In this document: positions 1 through 9,120 of the stretch, in pieces
Layout of the letters: the number at the start of each line of letters is the position of its first letter
Numbering within the stretch: position 1 is the stretch's first letter
From: an uncultured Bdellovibrio sp.
GTDB lineage: Bacteria; Bdellovibrionota; Bdellovibrionia; Bdellovibrionales; Bdellovibrionaceae
DNA length: 64,000 bases
Assembly (NCBI GenBank): GCA_963932905.1
Contig: CAWVRN010000001.1
Span: 160,001 to 224,000, forward strand
Direction of reading: 5' to 3'
Translations under genes and position numbers: made by a program
The notes under the pieces: generated by a model
Databases searched by the model: none
What the model was told of the DNA's origin: nothing
What the model saw: the letters and a program-made list of their open reading frames with translations, nothing else

Positions 1-894
1 GCCAGCCCATTGTCGAACGTCATCGACGGTGACACCCGGAATACCGTATCCACCAAAGAAGAAAATGATCATAAGTGCCGAGCCCAACATCATATGACCG
101 TACTCACCGATGAAGAACATAAGCATCTTAAAGCCGCCGTATTCCGTATGGAAACCCGCCACGATTTCAGCCTCACCCTCGGCCAAGTCGAATGGCAAAC
201 GGTTGGATTCCGCAAAGGTTGCCGCAAAGAATATAATTGCCGCCAAAGGTTGATAGAAAATACCCCAGTTGGGTAAGAATGCTGACGAAACCGTGTGACC
301 AAACGCTTTGAAAGTCAGGGGTCCCTGTTGAGCATTGATCATTTCAGTTAAATTGAAAGTTCCGAAAAGCAGAATCACGCCCACGATTGAAAGGCCAAGA
401 GCTAATTCATAACTAATGACCTGAGCGCTGGCACGCAAAGCGCCAAGCAATGAAAACTTACTGGCCGATCCCCAGCCCGCCATCAAAATAGTGTAGGCTG
501 CTAAAGAAGAAACACCCAAAACATAAACGATACCCACGTTCATATCGTAGCCTTGAATTTTAAATACATAGCCACCAATTTCTAAGGGTACCGACATCGG
601 GATTGCAGCAAAAGCTAAAGTTGCCGGAATCAACGCAAACACCGGAGCCGCGTAGAACAACGGTCTGATCGCTTTATCAGGAGCGAAATCTTCTTTCGTT
701 AAGAATTTAACCGCATCAGCCAACAACTGTAAAAGACCTAGCGGCCCTACGCGATTTGGACCGAAACGATTTTGAATAAACGCAGATCCGCGGCGCTCTA
801 CCCAAACTAAAATAGGTACGGCCTGTACCATCATTAAGAAAATCAAAACTAGTTTGATACAATTTATCGTGATTTCAAAAACGTCTTGTCCCAT
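1..894 (-). CDS. nuoH: NADH-quinone oxidoreductase subunit H (3' end runs off the window)
   Basis: Not in the ORF track; translated by hand from ATG at 894: MGQDVFEITINCIKLVLIFLMMVQAVPILVWVERRGSAFIQNRFGPNRVGPLGLLQLLADAVKFLTKEDF, later PFDLAEGEAEIVAGFHTEYGG and FFGGY, all NuoH signatures. SD-like AGGGG upstream. Confidence 0.96.
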   Translation of the reverse strand, partial: MGQDVFEITINCIKLVLIFLMMVQAVPILVWVERRGSAFIQNRFGPNRVGPLGLLQLLADAVKFLTKEDFAPDKAIRPLFYAAPVFALIPATLAFAAIPMSVPLEIGGYVFKIQGYDMNVGIVYVLGVSSLAAYTILMAGWGSASKFSLLGALRASAQVISYELALGLSIVGVILLFGTFNLTEMINAQQGPLTFKAFGHTVSSAFLPNWGIFYQPLAAIIFFAATFAESNRLPFDLAEGEAEIVAGFHTEYGGFKMLMFFIGEYGHMMLGSALMIIFFFGGYGIPGVTVDDVRQWAG

Positions 895-906
895 TGAAGT
901 CCCCTA

Positions 907-1296
907 CTAGTCCCACTCTAAGGCTTTAGATTTAATTTCCCAGAATAACCCGAAGATAAATATCGCTAAGAATATCATCATTGATGTGAACACAAATGCG
1001 CCTTGGCCCGTGCTGATGAAATCACGGAACGTAATCGCCCAAGGGTACATGAAAATAATTTCGATATCGAAAAGAATGAATAAGATCGCCGTTAGATAGA
1101 ACTTTACAGAAACTTTAGTTTCGCGTTTTTCTTGGCCCGGAATACCGCACTCATAGATATCTCGCTTAGCTGCCGAGTTGTTTTTGCGTTGTCCGCCAAT
1201 AGCTCGCGCTAGGAAAATTAAAAAAGTTCCAAATATAGCCAAAAAAACTGTTAAAAATATGACGCCACCTAATGGCATTCCCGACGCTTCCGCCAT
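907..1296 (-). CDS. nuoA: NADH-quinone oxidoreductase subunit A
   Basis: YECG, FYLTAILFILFDIE and ALEWD motifs. Start moved to ATG 1296 (MAEASG) because AAGGAG sits 7 nt upstream; the longer ORF overlaps mfd. Confidence 0.95.
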   Translation of the reverse strand: MAEASGMPLGGVIFLTVFLAIFGTFLIFLARAIGGQRKNNSAAKRDIYECGIPGQEKRETKVSVKFYLTAILFILFDIEIIFMYPWAITFRDFISTGQGAFVFTSMMIFLAIFIFGLFWEIKSKALEWD

Positions 1297-1347
1297 CGCC
1301 CCACTCCTTGCCGATACAGGTCCAAAAAAAGACACGTGCAAACTAAA

Positions 1348-1376
1348 TTTATACTTGTCATTACATATATTTCCAA
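1348..1376 (-). promoter_or_regulatory. Putative sigma70 promoter of nuoA-nuoH (TTGGAA-N17-TATAAA)
   Basis: Minus strand reads TTGGAA atatatgtaatgacaag TATAAA, about 50 nt upstream of nuoA. Confidence 0.5.
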
Positions 1377-1412
1377 GAAATATATCTGAACGGTTTAACT
1401 GGGTGCGTAGCG

Positions 1413-4400
1413 ATGAGTTTTGAAACTTTGAATCCACATTTAGAATCACAAATTGAGCGCGTCGTTGCCGACAAGGGAACCGGTTCAAAAGTTTCGATCA
1501 TCGGGTCGTCCTCGCTGCTATCGATTGCCTATTTTATAGCCTTTTCAAGTTCGCGTCGCCTGAATCAACAGCCGCATTTATTTGTTCTACCTAAAGAGTC
1601 CGACTGCTCTAAACTAGCGAATGCGATTGAGTTTTTTGATCCGAACAAAAAGGTATACACCCTAACCGAGTTTGATGTATCGCCGTATTCAGGACTCTAT
1701 CCATCACCTCAAGTTTTAAAAGATCGTCTACATTTTTTAAGTCGAGCACAAAACGCAAAACCCGGTGAAGTATTTATTGCTTCTTTTTTAGGCCTTCATC
1801 AAAAGACGATGCCTGTTGATGTGCTCATTGAAACCACAAAATTGTTCAAGATTGGCGATAGTTTACCTGAAAATCTATCCGGCTATTTATCGGATCTTGG
1901 TTATGAATCCGCTCCAATGGTCGAAGATGTCGGTCAATTTGCTATTCGTGGTGGAATTGTGGATATATTTTCACCCGGTGAAAAGAAGCCCGTTCGTGTT
2001 GAGTTGTTTGGCGATCAAATTGAAACTTTGCGATTTTTTTCTACAGATTCTTTGAAAAGCGAAGCTGAAATTACCTCGTTCTTACTAACGCCGGCAAAAG
2101 AAACCCTGTATGTTGATGGTGAATATGAAAACATCGTGCCGCGGTTTAAGAAAACGACGGCTGGTCGTGATCTACGACATGAAGAAATAGACGATCTAAG
2201 TCGATCACTCGTTCAAAAAAGCTATTTTCCAGGCATTGAGTTTTTAATCTCCAGTTTTTATGAAAACCCGTCTCTGCCTGTTGAGCACTTTTCGGCTAAA
2301 CCCTGGGTTTGGTTTGTGGACCCTCTTGAAATGCATAGAATCAGTGACGATGCACTTGCCGAATTAAAGAACGATTTCAAAAATTCAACAAAGACTCTTA
2401 TTCGTCCGGCCTTAGAAGAATTCTTTTCTGAAAAGTGGTTAGCGGGAGCTGGCTCACAAGAATTGAATTTGGATCTGGGTTTTGAAACTCAAGAATTCTA
2501 TTTTTCAAATATTGATTTCAATTCCAGCGCGATGATTTCAGGCGAAGCAGCAAGTAATCGATTGGATTATCGATCATTCACCGTTCAAGAGTTTTCTAAT
2601 TTATCCATTGCTTCCACCGTTGGGAGCGAAGCTTGGACGCTAGCTTTACAAAATAAATTAACGCAGTGGAAGCGTGATCATTATCGCGTTTTTGTTAGCT
2701 TAAGAAATGCGACGCAAGCAGAACGATTAAAAAATTATATTGAAAATATGGATTTTGAATTTCGTCGTGTATCAGCAGACGATTACAAATGGGATACGTT
2801 TTTATCTGAACAAAATCAAAACCCAAAAATTATTCATTTCTTGCAACGACCTTGCTTTGAAAGTTTACGCATTGAAGATGAAAAAATTATTTTCCTTCGC
2901 GAAGAAGATTTTTTTGGCAAGAAAAGTCGATCCAGCAGTTTATCTTCTTCTGATGAATTTCAGAAGCAGGCCAAGCGTTTAAATTTTGGTGACTTAAAAC
3001 CCGGCGATTTGGTCGTTCATATTAAACATGGTATTGGTCAGTATGAAGGACTTAAGGTCATGCCGGTTAATGGTGTTGATTCTGAATTCATACAGCTTTC
3101 GTACAAAGAAAAAGATAAACTGTATCTTCCCGTCTATCGCGTTGGACAGCTTCAGAAATATTCAGGCACTGCTGGCGCCATACCGCTGGATAAATTGGGC
3201 GGAACGTCTTGGGAAAAAACAAAAATCAAAGTTAAGAGTCATCTTAAAGATATCGCCAGTGAACTTTTGGCATTGTATGCAAAACGCGCTGAAATTCAGC
3301 GACCTGCTTTTTCTTTAAACGATAAGGAAATTCAAAAATTTGAATTTGGTTTCCCGTACGAGGAAACAGAGGACCAACAACGTTCGATCGACGATATCTA
3401 CAAAGATATGAAATCTACGAAACCAATGGATCGCCTAGTCTGCGGCGATGTGGGCTTCGGAAAAACTGAAGTGGCCATGCGGGCCGTGTTTTTTGCTATC
3501 GAAAGCAAGAAACAAGTAGCTGTTCTTGCGCCAACAACCGTACTTAGTTTTCAACATTTCGAGAATTTTAAAAGACGTTTTAAAGATTGGCCAGAAGTTA
3601 GAATTCGGGAGCTCAATCGATTTGTAAGTAATACGGACGCCAAGAAAACATTAGTCGAATTAAAAGAAGGCAAAGTTGATATCTTGATTGGAACTCATCG
3701 CCTGTTTTCAAAAGATGTAGTTTTCAAAGACCTTGGTTTACTTGTTGTCGATGAAGAACAAAAATTTGGCGTCCTTCATAAAGAAAAAATTAAAAAACTA
3801 AAAGCGACGGTAGACACGTTAACTTTATCCGCAACACCAATCCCAAGAACATTGAACATGAGTCTTGTAGGTATTCGCGATTTAAGTTTAATCAACACAG
3901 CTCCGGTAGACCGCCTTCCCACGCGAACATTTATTTGCAAGTGGGAAGAAGAAACGATTCGTAAAGCCATCGAATCAGAAGTTCATCGTGGTGGACAGAT
4001 TTATTTCGTGCACAATCGCGTGCAAACTATTTACGGCATTGCCGATGAACTGCGTGCTCTATTACCAAATGTCCGAATGAAAGTAGCTCATGGACAAATG
4101 CCAGAAGAAGAACTGGAAAAAACAATGCTTGCGTTCTTTAATCACGAAATTGATATGCTAATTAGTACCGCGATCGTTGAATCAGGAATGGACGTGTCAC
4201 GTGCTAATACAATGTTTATCGATCAGGCCCATATGTTTGGTTTATCGCAGCTCTATCAATTACGTGGACGCGTAGGCCGATCGAAACAACGTGCTTATTG
4301 CTACTTGTTATTGCCGCGTGCTCGTCAGCTAGATAAAGATGCGCAAGAACGATTAAAAATCATTCAGGAAAACACACAGCTCGGTAGCGGTATTAAAATT

Positions 4401-5060
4401 GCTCAGTACGATTTAGAATTGCGTGGATCAGGAAATATACTGGGTGACGAGCAATCGGGTCATGTAAACACCGTCGGATATGAATTATATATGGATCTAT
4501 TAAACGAAGCTCTGGCAACGGCTCGTGGAGAAGAACCAGAAGATGATTTAGATCCGGAAATTAATTTAAAAATTCCTGCAATGATTCCGGATAAATATAT
4601 TCCAGATATTCGCATGCGCTTAAGCTACTACAAAGCATTGGCAGAAATTAAGTTCGAAGAAGATGTAGAGAAAATTGAAGACGAATTAAAAGATCAATTT
4701 GGCGCTCTTCCAGAACCAGTAGTAAATTTAATCGGCGTAATGTTGGTTAGAAAACTGTGCAAAGACCTTGGTGTTCGCGATGTCAGTGCGGGAATCAACA
4801 AAGTATCTTTGATCTTCAGCGATAAAACAAAACTCTCTCCGCAGGACGCTATTAAACTAGCGGCTCGTGAGCCAAAAAAATATTCGATTATGCCGGATAG
4901 CCGTTTAAATATCAGAATGGAAGTTATCAATTGGTCCGCCGTGTACGAAGAATTAAAATATCTTCTTTCTGTCAGTGACGGTAACGATCCAAAAGATCCA
5001 TCGGCGAAAGCGCAAGATAAAAACAAGTCGCTGATTCGCCGAATGAGTATCTTTAATTAG
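1413..5060 (+). CDS. mfd: Transcription-repair coupling factor
   Basis: 1215 aa; UvrB-homology RGGIVDIF, CarD-like RID (VVHIKHGIGQY), GDVGFGKTEVA, DEEQ, QLRGRVGRS and a TRCF C-terminus. Confidence 0.98.
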   Translation: MSFETLNPHLESQIERVVADKGTGSKVSIIGSSSLLSIAYFIAFSSSRRLNQQPHLFVLPKESDCSKLANAIEFFDPNKKVYTLTEFDVSPYSGLYPSPQVLKDRLHFLSRAQNAKPGEVFIASFLGLHQKTMPVDVLIETTKLFKIGDSLPENLSGYLSDLGYESAPMVEDVGQFAIRGGIVDIFSPGEKKPVRVELFGDQIETLRFFSTDSLKSEAEITSFLLTPAKETLYVDGEYENIVPRFKKTTAGRDLRHEEIDDLSRSLVQKSYFPGIEFLISSFYENPSLPVEHFSAKPWVWFVDPLEMHRISDDALAELKNDFKNSTKTLIRPALEEFFSEKWLAGAGSQELNLDLGFETQEFYFSNIDFNSSAMISGEAASNRLDYRSFTVQEFSNLSIASTVGSEAWTLALQNKLTQWKRDHYRVFVSLRNATQAERLKNYIENMDFEFRRVSADDYKWDTFLSEQNQNPKIIHFLQRPCFESLRIEDEKIIFLREEDFFGKKSRSSSLSSSDEFQKQAKRLNFGDLKPGDLVVHIKHGIGQYEGLKVMPVNGVDSEFIQLSYKEKDKLYLPVYRVGQLQKYSGTAGAIPLDKLGGTSWEKTKIKVKSHLKDIASELLALYAKRAEIQRPAFSLNDKEIQKFEFGFPYEETEDQQRSIDDIYKDMKSTKPMDRLVCGDVGFGKTEVAMRAVFFAIESKKQVAVLAPTTVLSFQHFENFKRRFKDWPEVRIRELNRFVSNTDAKKTLVELKEGKVDILIGTHRLFSKDVVFKDLGLLVVDEEQKFGVLHKEKIKKLKATVDTLTLSATPIPRTLNMSLVGIRDLSLINTAPVDRLPTRTFICKWEEETIRKAIESEVHRGGQIYFVHNRVQTIYGIADELRALLPNVRMKVAHGQMPEEELEKTMLAFFNHEIDMLISTAIVESGMDVSRANTMFIDQAHMFGLSQLYQLRGRVGRSKQRAYCYLLLPRARQLDKDAQERLKIIQENTQLGSGIKIAQYDLELRGSGNILGDEQSGHVNTVGYELYMDLLNEALATARGEEPEDDLDPEINLKIPAMIPDKYIPDIRMRLSYYKALAEIKFEEDVEKIEDELKDQFGALPEPVVNLIGVMLVRKLCKDLGVRDVSAGINKVSLIFSDKTKLSPQDAIKLAAREPKKYSIMPDSRLNIRMEVINWSAVYEELKYLLSVSDGNDPKDPSAKAQDKNKSLIRRMSIFN

Positions 5061-7204
5061 AAATCTGGCGGTGCCTCTGGTCCTTCTTCACCTTTTTCAG
5101 ATTTACCACTAGCCGCCGGAGGTGCCGCTGGTGGTTTGGTAGCATCACCCGCAGGTTTCGCACCCGCCGGAGTTGGCGCAGTGGCTGGCGGAGCCGCTAA
5201 GCTCTCGCCTGTTCCAACACCTTGAACGGGCGGAGAAACTTTTGGATCGCCTGGTTTTGCAGTGGCAGGTTTTCCATCTTTCTTTTCATCTGCTTTTTTA
5301 TTATTTGGATACTGACTTGCGGCTGCGCCGGTACCAAGCACAATGCCTTTAGCATTAGTACGGGTGCGGCTCCACGTAGCTGCGTCAGTATCTTTTAGCT
5401 TTTGAAGTTCAGATTCTTTAGTCTTTTTCAACTGTTCAATTGCCGATTCGCCTTCGGCTTTAGATTTTTTAAGTTCTTCTAATTTTGCGGCAGTTGATTC
5501 GGCTGCTTTCGATGGTCTTCCATTAGCTCTGATATCTTTGGCGCGCTGTAAAGACTCGGCACCCATTTCTTTTAAATCGTTGCCCATTCTAATGTTTCTA
5601 TCGCCGCCTCTATTTACTAACTTGTTCCCATATGATTGCGCCCATCGACCCGAAAGCTCAGGAACCACGGAAACCGTGTTTCGAGCGGCTTTGCTGACAA
5701 TTATTGGAGAGTGTCTCCATGTTCCTTTCACTGTGCCCCACGCGCCTTTTAGTACACCGCGAGCCGCGTAGTATGGCCAAACAGCTCCTACCGCTGCCGC
5801 TCTTGCGCCTGATCGTCCGGCTTCTTTCAATGCCGGTTTAATAATTTTTGCGCCGCCAGTTTTACTCATTTTAGCAGCTACACCGCCTACGACTCCTTTG
5901 GCTAAACCAAAAATACCGCCTAAACCGGCTGAAAATCCGGCGCTACTGCCCGCAAATTTTCCGATCATTTGGCAGACATATTGGGATTGCGATTTTTTGT
6001 TTAAGCATCCCATGTAGTCGCCATCAAAACCGAACATGTTTTTCACAATGTTTTTACCAGCTTCAAACGGATCGGACATAATTTCTTTTACCATTGTCAT
6101 TAACTGAGATCCCCAGCCAAGGACATCAAAGCTGCTAACTAACGAGCTAAAGAAATCGCGCAAGAAAACGCTGGCAAAATTTTTCAAACAATCACCAATG
6201 GTTTTCAAACAGAACGAGCCTTCGCAATAACCGCCATCAGTATCTTTATCCGTTAATTCTTTACACACGCGTTCATTAGGCTTTACGTCTTTCATTGTCG
6301 TAAATCCTAAGACTTCAAATCGTTCGCCTAAACGTTGGCAGCACCACTCACTGCTGAATTTTTCAAACGTTTTTGCATTTTTGGCTTCAGCTGATTTAGG
6401 ATCACAGTCAGGTCCATTACATAGACCCGCTTGCGTTTTTGATTTGTCTGCGGCCGCTTCTCTCGCTTTTTGATCCGCATCGGCAGACTTTTTGTTAAAA
6501 GAATTAATTACGTCGCGCAGTTTTTCCATCTGCGCTTTGTAGAAGTCATACAGCTTTCCATTTCCATACGGGATATCACACGTATTTTTTCTTTCGCCCG
6601 CTACTTCTTTAACTTCGTATTCACCTGTTTTTTCGTCTTTTAAACTTAATACAAGTCCACATTCATATTCTTTGCTTTTAGCGTCGAAATAACTAAACCA
6701 TTCATCCAAAGCCTGACCTGCAAATTTATCTAAGCATAAATTTGTTACGACATCGTTTTGGGAATTGAAACGCGCTTCTTGAAGTTTGTCGAAATCAAAA
6801 TTTCTATCACCTAGCTCAAGTTCTTTTTCGTTCAGTTTACCTTTGTATTTTGTTGTCGTTTCATTACCGTTGCCGTCTGTCGTGTTTACTTCGTTAATAA
6901 AGCCTTCTAGTACTTTTTCTTTCCCGGCACATGCGGATTCAGGAACAAACAAACTTGAATATGGTTTTGTTTCCCGCATTTTCATGATTTCTGCGAAACG
7001 CGTTTTGCTAATACCTGGCGCAATACCTTCCTTCAATGCGTCTTCACCCGCCTGGTCCGATTCAGGAACCGCAGCTACTTCGGGCGCTTTGCCGGATGCC
7101 GCGGCTTTTGCTACTGCCTGAGATTCTGCAAATGCGGTCGTCGCAAATAGAGTTTGAAAAAGAAAAATGGATGTAATCGGATATATTAGTTGCTTCATGT
7201 TCAT
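5057..7204 (-). CDS. Exported Cys-rich hypothetical protein with a Gly-rich hydrophobic segment and Pro/Ala-rich tail
   Basis: 715-aa ORF; Sec-type signal peptide (..ATTAFA/ES); 14 Cys between residues ~92 and ~411; Gly-zipper-like MIGKFAGSSAGFSAGLGGIFGLAKGVVGGVAA. Confidence 0.85.
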   Translation of the reverse strand: MNMKQLIYPITSIFLFQTLFATTAFAESQAVAKAAASGKAPEVAAVPESDQAGEDALKEGIAPGISKTRFAEIMKMRETKPYSSLFVPESACAGKEKVLEGFINEVNTTDGNGNETTTKYKGKLNEKELELGDRNFDFDKLQEARFNSQNDVVTNLCLDKFAGQALDEWFSYFDAKSKEYECGLVLSLKDEKTGEYEVKEVAGERKNTCDIPYGNGKLYDFYKAQMEKLRDVINSFNKKSADADQKAREAAADKSKTQAGLCNGPDCDPKSAEAKNAKTFEKFSSEWCCQRLGERFEVLGFTTMKDVKPNERVCKELTDKDTDGGYCEGSFCLKTIGDCLKNFASVFLRDFFSSLVSSFDVLGWGSQLMTMVKEIMSDPFEAGKNIVKNMFGFDGDYMGCLNKKSQSQYVCQMIGKFAGSSAGFSAGLGGIFGLAKGVVGGVAAKMSKTGGAKIIKPALKEAGRSGARAAAVGAVWPYYAARGVLKGAWGTVKGTWRHSPIIVSKAARNTVSVVPELSGRWAQSYGNKLVNRGGDRNIRMGNDLKEMGAESLQRAKDIRANGRPSKAAESTAAKLEELKKSKAEGESAIEQLKKTKESELQKLKDTDAATWSRTRTNAKGIVLGTGAAASQYPNNKKADEKKDGKPATAKPGDPKVSPPVQGVGTGESLAAPPATAPTPAGAKPAGDATKPPAAPPAASGKSEKGEEGPEAPPDF

Positions 7205-7205
7205 C

Positions 7206-7733
7206 CTAGTTAATATTCGGATTGAATGTTTGTAGGCTTAGCTTTGCTTGCTCAACCACTTTGCCTTGCGCGACAGATGGATAAAATAAATGAATAGATT
7301 GAACCGTCGACTTTCCGAAATAGTGATGCTCCAAAAATTCAGTCTTAACGCCGGCAAAGCTTGTGTAGCTACCACTAATTTCTAATCGTTCACCGTAACT
7401 GGTGTTGGTGAATTTATAGCTACTCATGATCCAGTCTTTGATTCCAAACTGTTCGTTAAAGTTAAGTTTTCCTTGTAGATAACTTTTGTTTAACTCACCC
7501 GTTTTTGTTTTTGGCACGCCAACCTTAGATCTAACTTCAGGCGGAATTAGTATCGTAACTTTTTCTGCACCTGTGTGATTGTACGTTGTGGGATAAAATG
7601 AAGGGAACAGATTGCTTTCAACTAAAAAGTTTGCGGGAGCTTTATACTGGAAATTTCTAGATTTATTTGCTTTTACAAAAGTAAAACCAAAAAGAATAAT
7701 ACCAAAAACTAAACCATAATTTATTAGTCTCAT
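7206..7733 (-). CDS. Exported hypothetical protein, possibly PsbP/DcrB-like fold
   Basis: Start moved to ATG 7733 (AAGGAA SD); hydrophobic N-terminus; stop lies 1 nt before the next gene's ATG, suggesting coupling. The fold call is a pattern guess (FQYKAPANF, a run of beta-strands, terminal helix ending QTF). Confidence 0.75.
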   Translation of the reverse strand: MRLINYGLVFGIILFGFTFVKANKSRNFQYKAPANFLVESNLFPSFYPTTYNHTGAEKVTILIPPEVRSKVGVPKTKTGELNKSYLQGKLNFNEQFGIKDWIMSSYKFTNTSYGERLEISGSYTSFAGVKTEFLEHHYFGKSTVQSIHLFYPSVAQGKVVEQAKLSLQTFNPNIN

Positions 7734-7837
7734 AACATTCCTTAACAAGTAGTAGGCCTTAAAAAGCCCGTACCTATAGGATATCTGTGACAATATAATT
7801 TTAGAAATTCTTTAAAGGTGCGGCCTATAATACTAGA

Positions 7838-9091
7838 CTAAAATTCCATTCTTAGACCAACACCAAAGTTAAAGTCGTTTTCAAACGCGGGATCTAGCTC
7901 GTTATCTGTATTCTGATATTGCGTCCAAAACACATCTAGGTAGGTGTTTTCTAGACCTTCACCCATATAAGCTGTCTTCGCCGTTTCTGGATCCATCCAG
8001 TTTAGTTGAATTAAGAATCCGGCGGTCATCGAAGTTCCATTTCCCGTGTCGTATGAATTTGTTGTACCTAATGTGTTATTTTTTTCCGTTAAACCAAATT
8101 GCCAGTAATTGAAACCGACATAGGGAACGAAAAAAGGCTCTTTCATTAAGTTATCTAACAAAATTTGTGCTCTGATAGATTTTTTATCTATTGTAAGTTC
8201 TCTTTCTTCGCCAATTCTATCATCCACCAGAGTCCCTTGGCCGTAGCCAATTCCGGTTACAAGTGATCCAAGAAAGAAATTCAATTTGTAATCCAATTGC
8301 ACTTGCACCAGAGTTAAATCCTCTTGGCCAAACAGTTCTTCATATAGTTTCTGATCTACAATAGAGGCATAGTCTTGAAAATATAAATTCTCGGCATTGA
8401 TGTTGAACATGAATCCATGAGTCGTTCTGCGTTCCCGATAAGGTTTATATTCTTTAAACGGCTCAACCTCGACAGTTTTTTCTCTAGGAATAACTTCGAC
8501 CATGTCCGCTTCTGAAACTGTTTTTTCTGTTGGAACAGGATTGTGTTCCGCCGTTGGTGACGGTACGTAGGGTTCTGGTTGCGGGATTGTTTTTATAGGG
8601 ATCGTTTCAACTGGCGGTGTATCCAGCCGCACCGATTCTGCTGGCGGCCGTTCAGGCATTGATTCCGCTGGTGGTTGTTCTGCGACCGGAGCTTCTTCTA
8701 TATTTTCACCGGCTTCAAGAGAAGTTTCATTCGAAACCGATTCATCGATCGAGCTTTCACCGTTTGCAGACTCGACAACCGGCGCTTGCAATGGAGTCGA
8801 ATTAGTCGCTGGGGCAGCTACATCTAGGTTTTCCTCTTCGCTATCGTCTCCAGAATTTTCATCCACTACATTGGCACCAGGAGCTTCATCCTCGCTGTCG
8901 TCGTCAACACTGTTATCATCGACTTCTAGACCGCTCGACGATGCTTTCACAGCTGGTTTGGCCTTTGTGCTGGTAGCGGGTTGAGAAAAGATATTCTGTG
9001 AATGAAACGCTATCGCCAATATTAAAAAACTTAATACTAAAGACCTAGGACCTTGGTCGTTTTTTCTCTGGTTTTTAACAGCTGCACTCAT
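7838..9091 (-). CDS. Outer-membrane beta-barrel protein with a long acidic/Pro-rich N-terminal region
   Basis: Signal peptide, ~190 aa D/E/P-rich low-complexity region, then alternating beta-strands with a C-terminal beta-signal GVGLRMEF. Start uncertain (9091 or 9115). Confidence 0.75.
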   Translation of the reverse strand: MSAAVKNQRKNDQGPRSLVLSFLILAIAFHSQNIFSQPATSTKAKPAVKASSSGLEVDDNSVDDDSEDEAPGANVVDENSGDDSEEENLDVAAPATNSTPLQAPVVESANGESSIDESVSNETSLEAGENIEEAPVAEQPPAESMPERPPAESVRLDTPPVETIPIKTIPQPEPYVPSPTAEHNPVPTEKTVSEADMVEVIPREKTVEVEPFKEYKPYRERRTTHGFMFNINAENLYFQDYASIVDQKLYEELFGQEDLTLVQVQLDYKLNFFLGSLVTGIGYGQGTLVDDRIGEERELTIDKKSIRAQILLDNLMKEPFFVPYVGFNYWQFGLTEKNNTLGTTNSYDTGNGTSMTAGFLIQLNWMDPETAKTAYMGEGLENTYLDVFWTQYQNTDNELDPAFENDFNFGVGLRMEF

Positions 9092-9120
9092 ATTCACAGT
9101 GATTTTTCCGATCATTAAGT

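Noticed and set aside
1297..1488. Long N-terminal extension of NuoA in the ORF track
   Set aside because: It overlaps the mfd start and the promoter region; a good SD supports ATG 1296.
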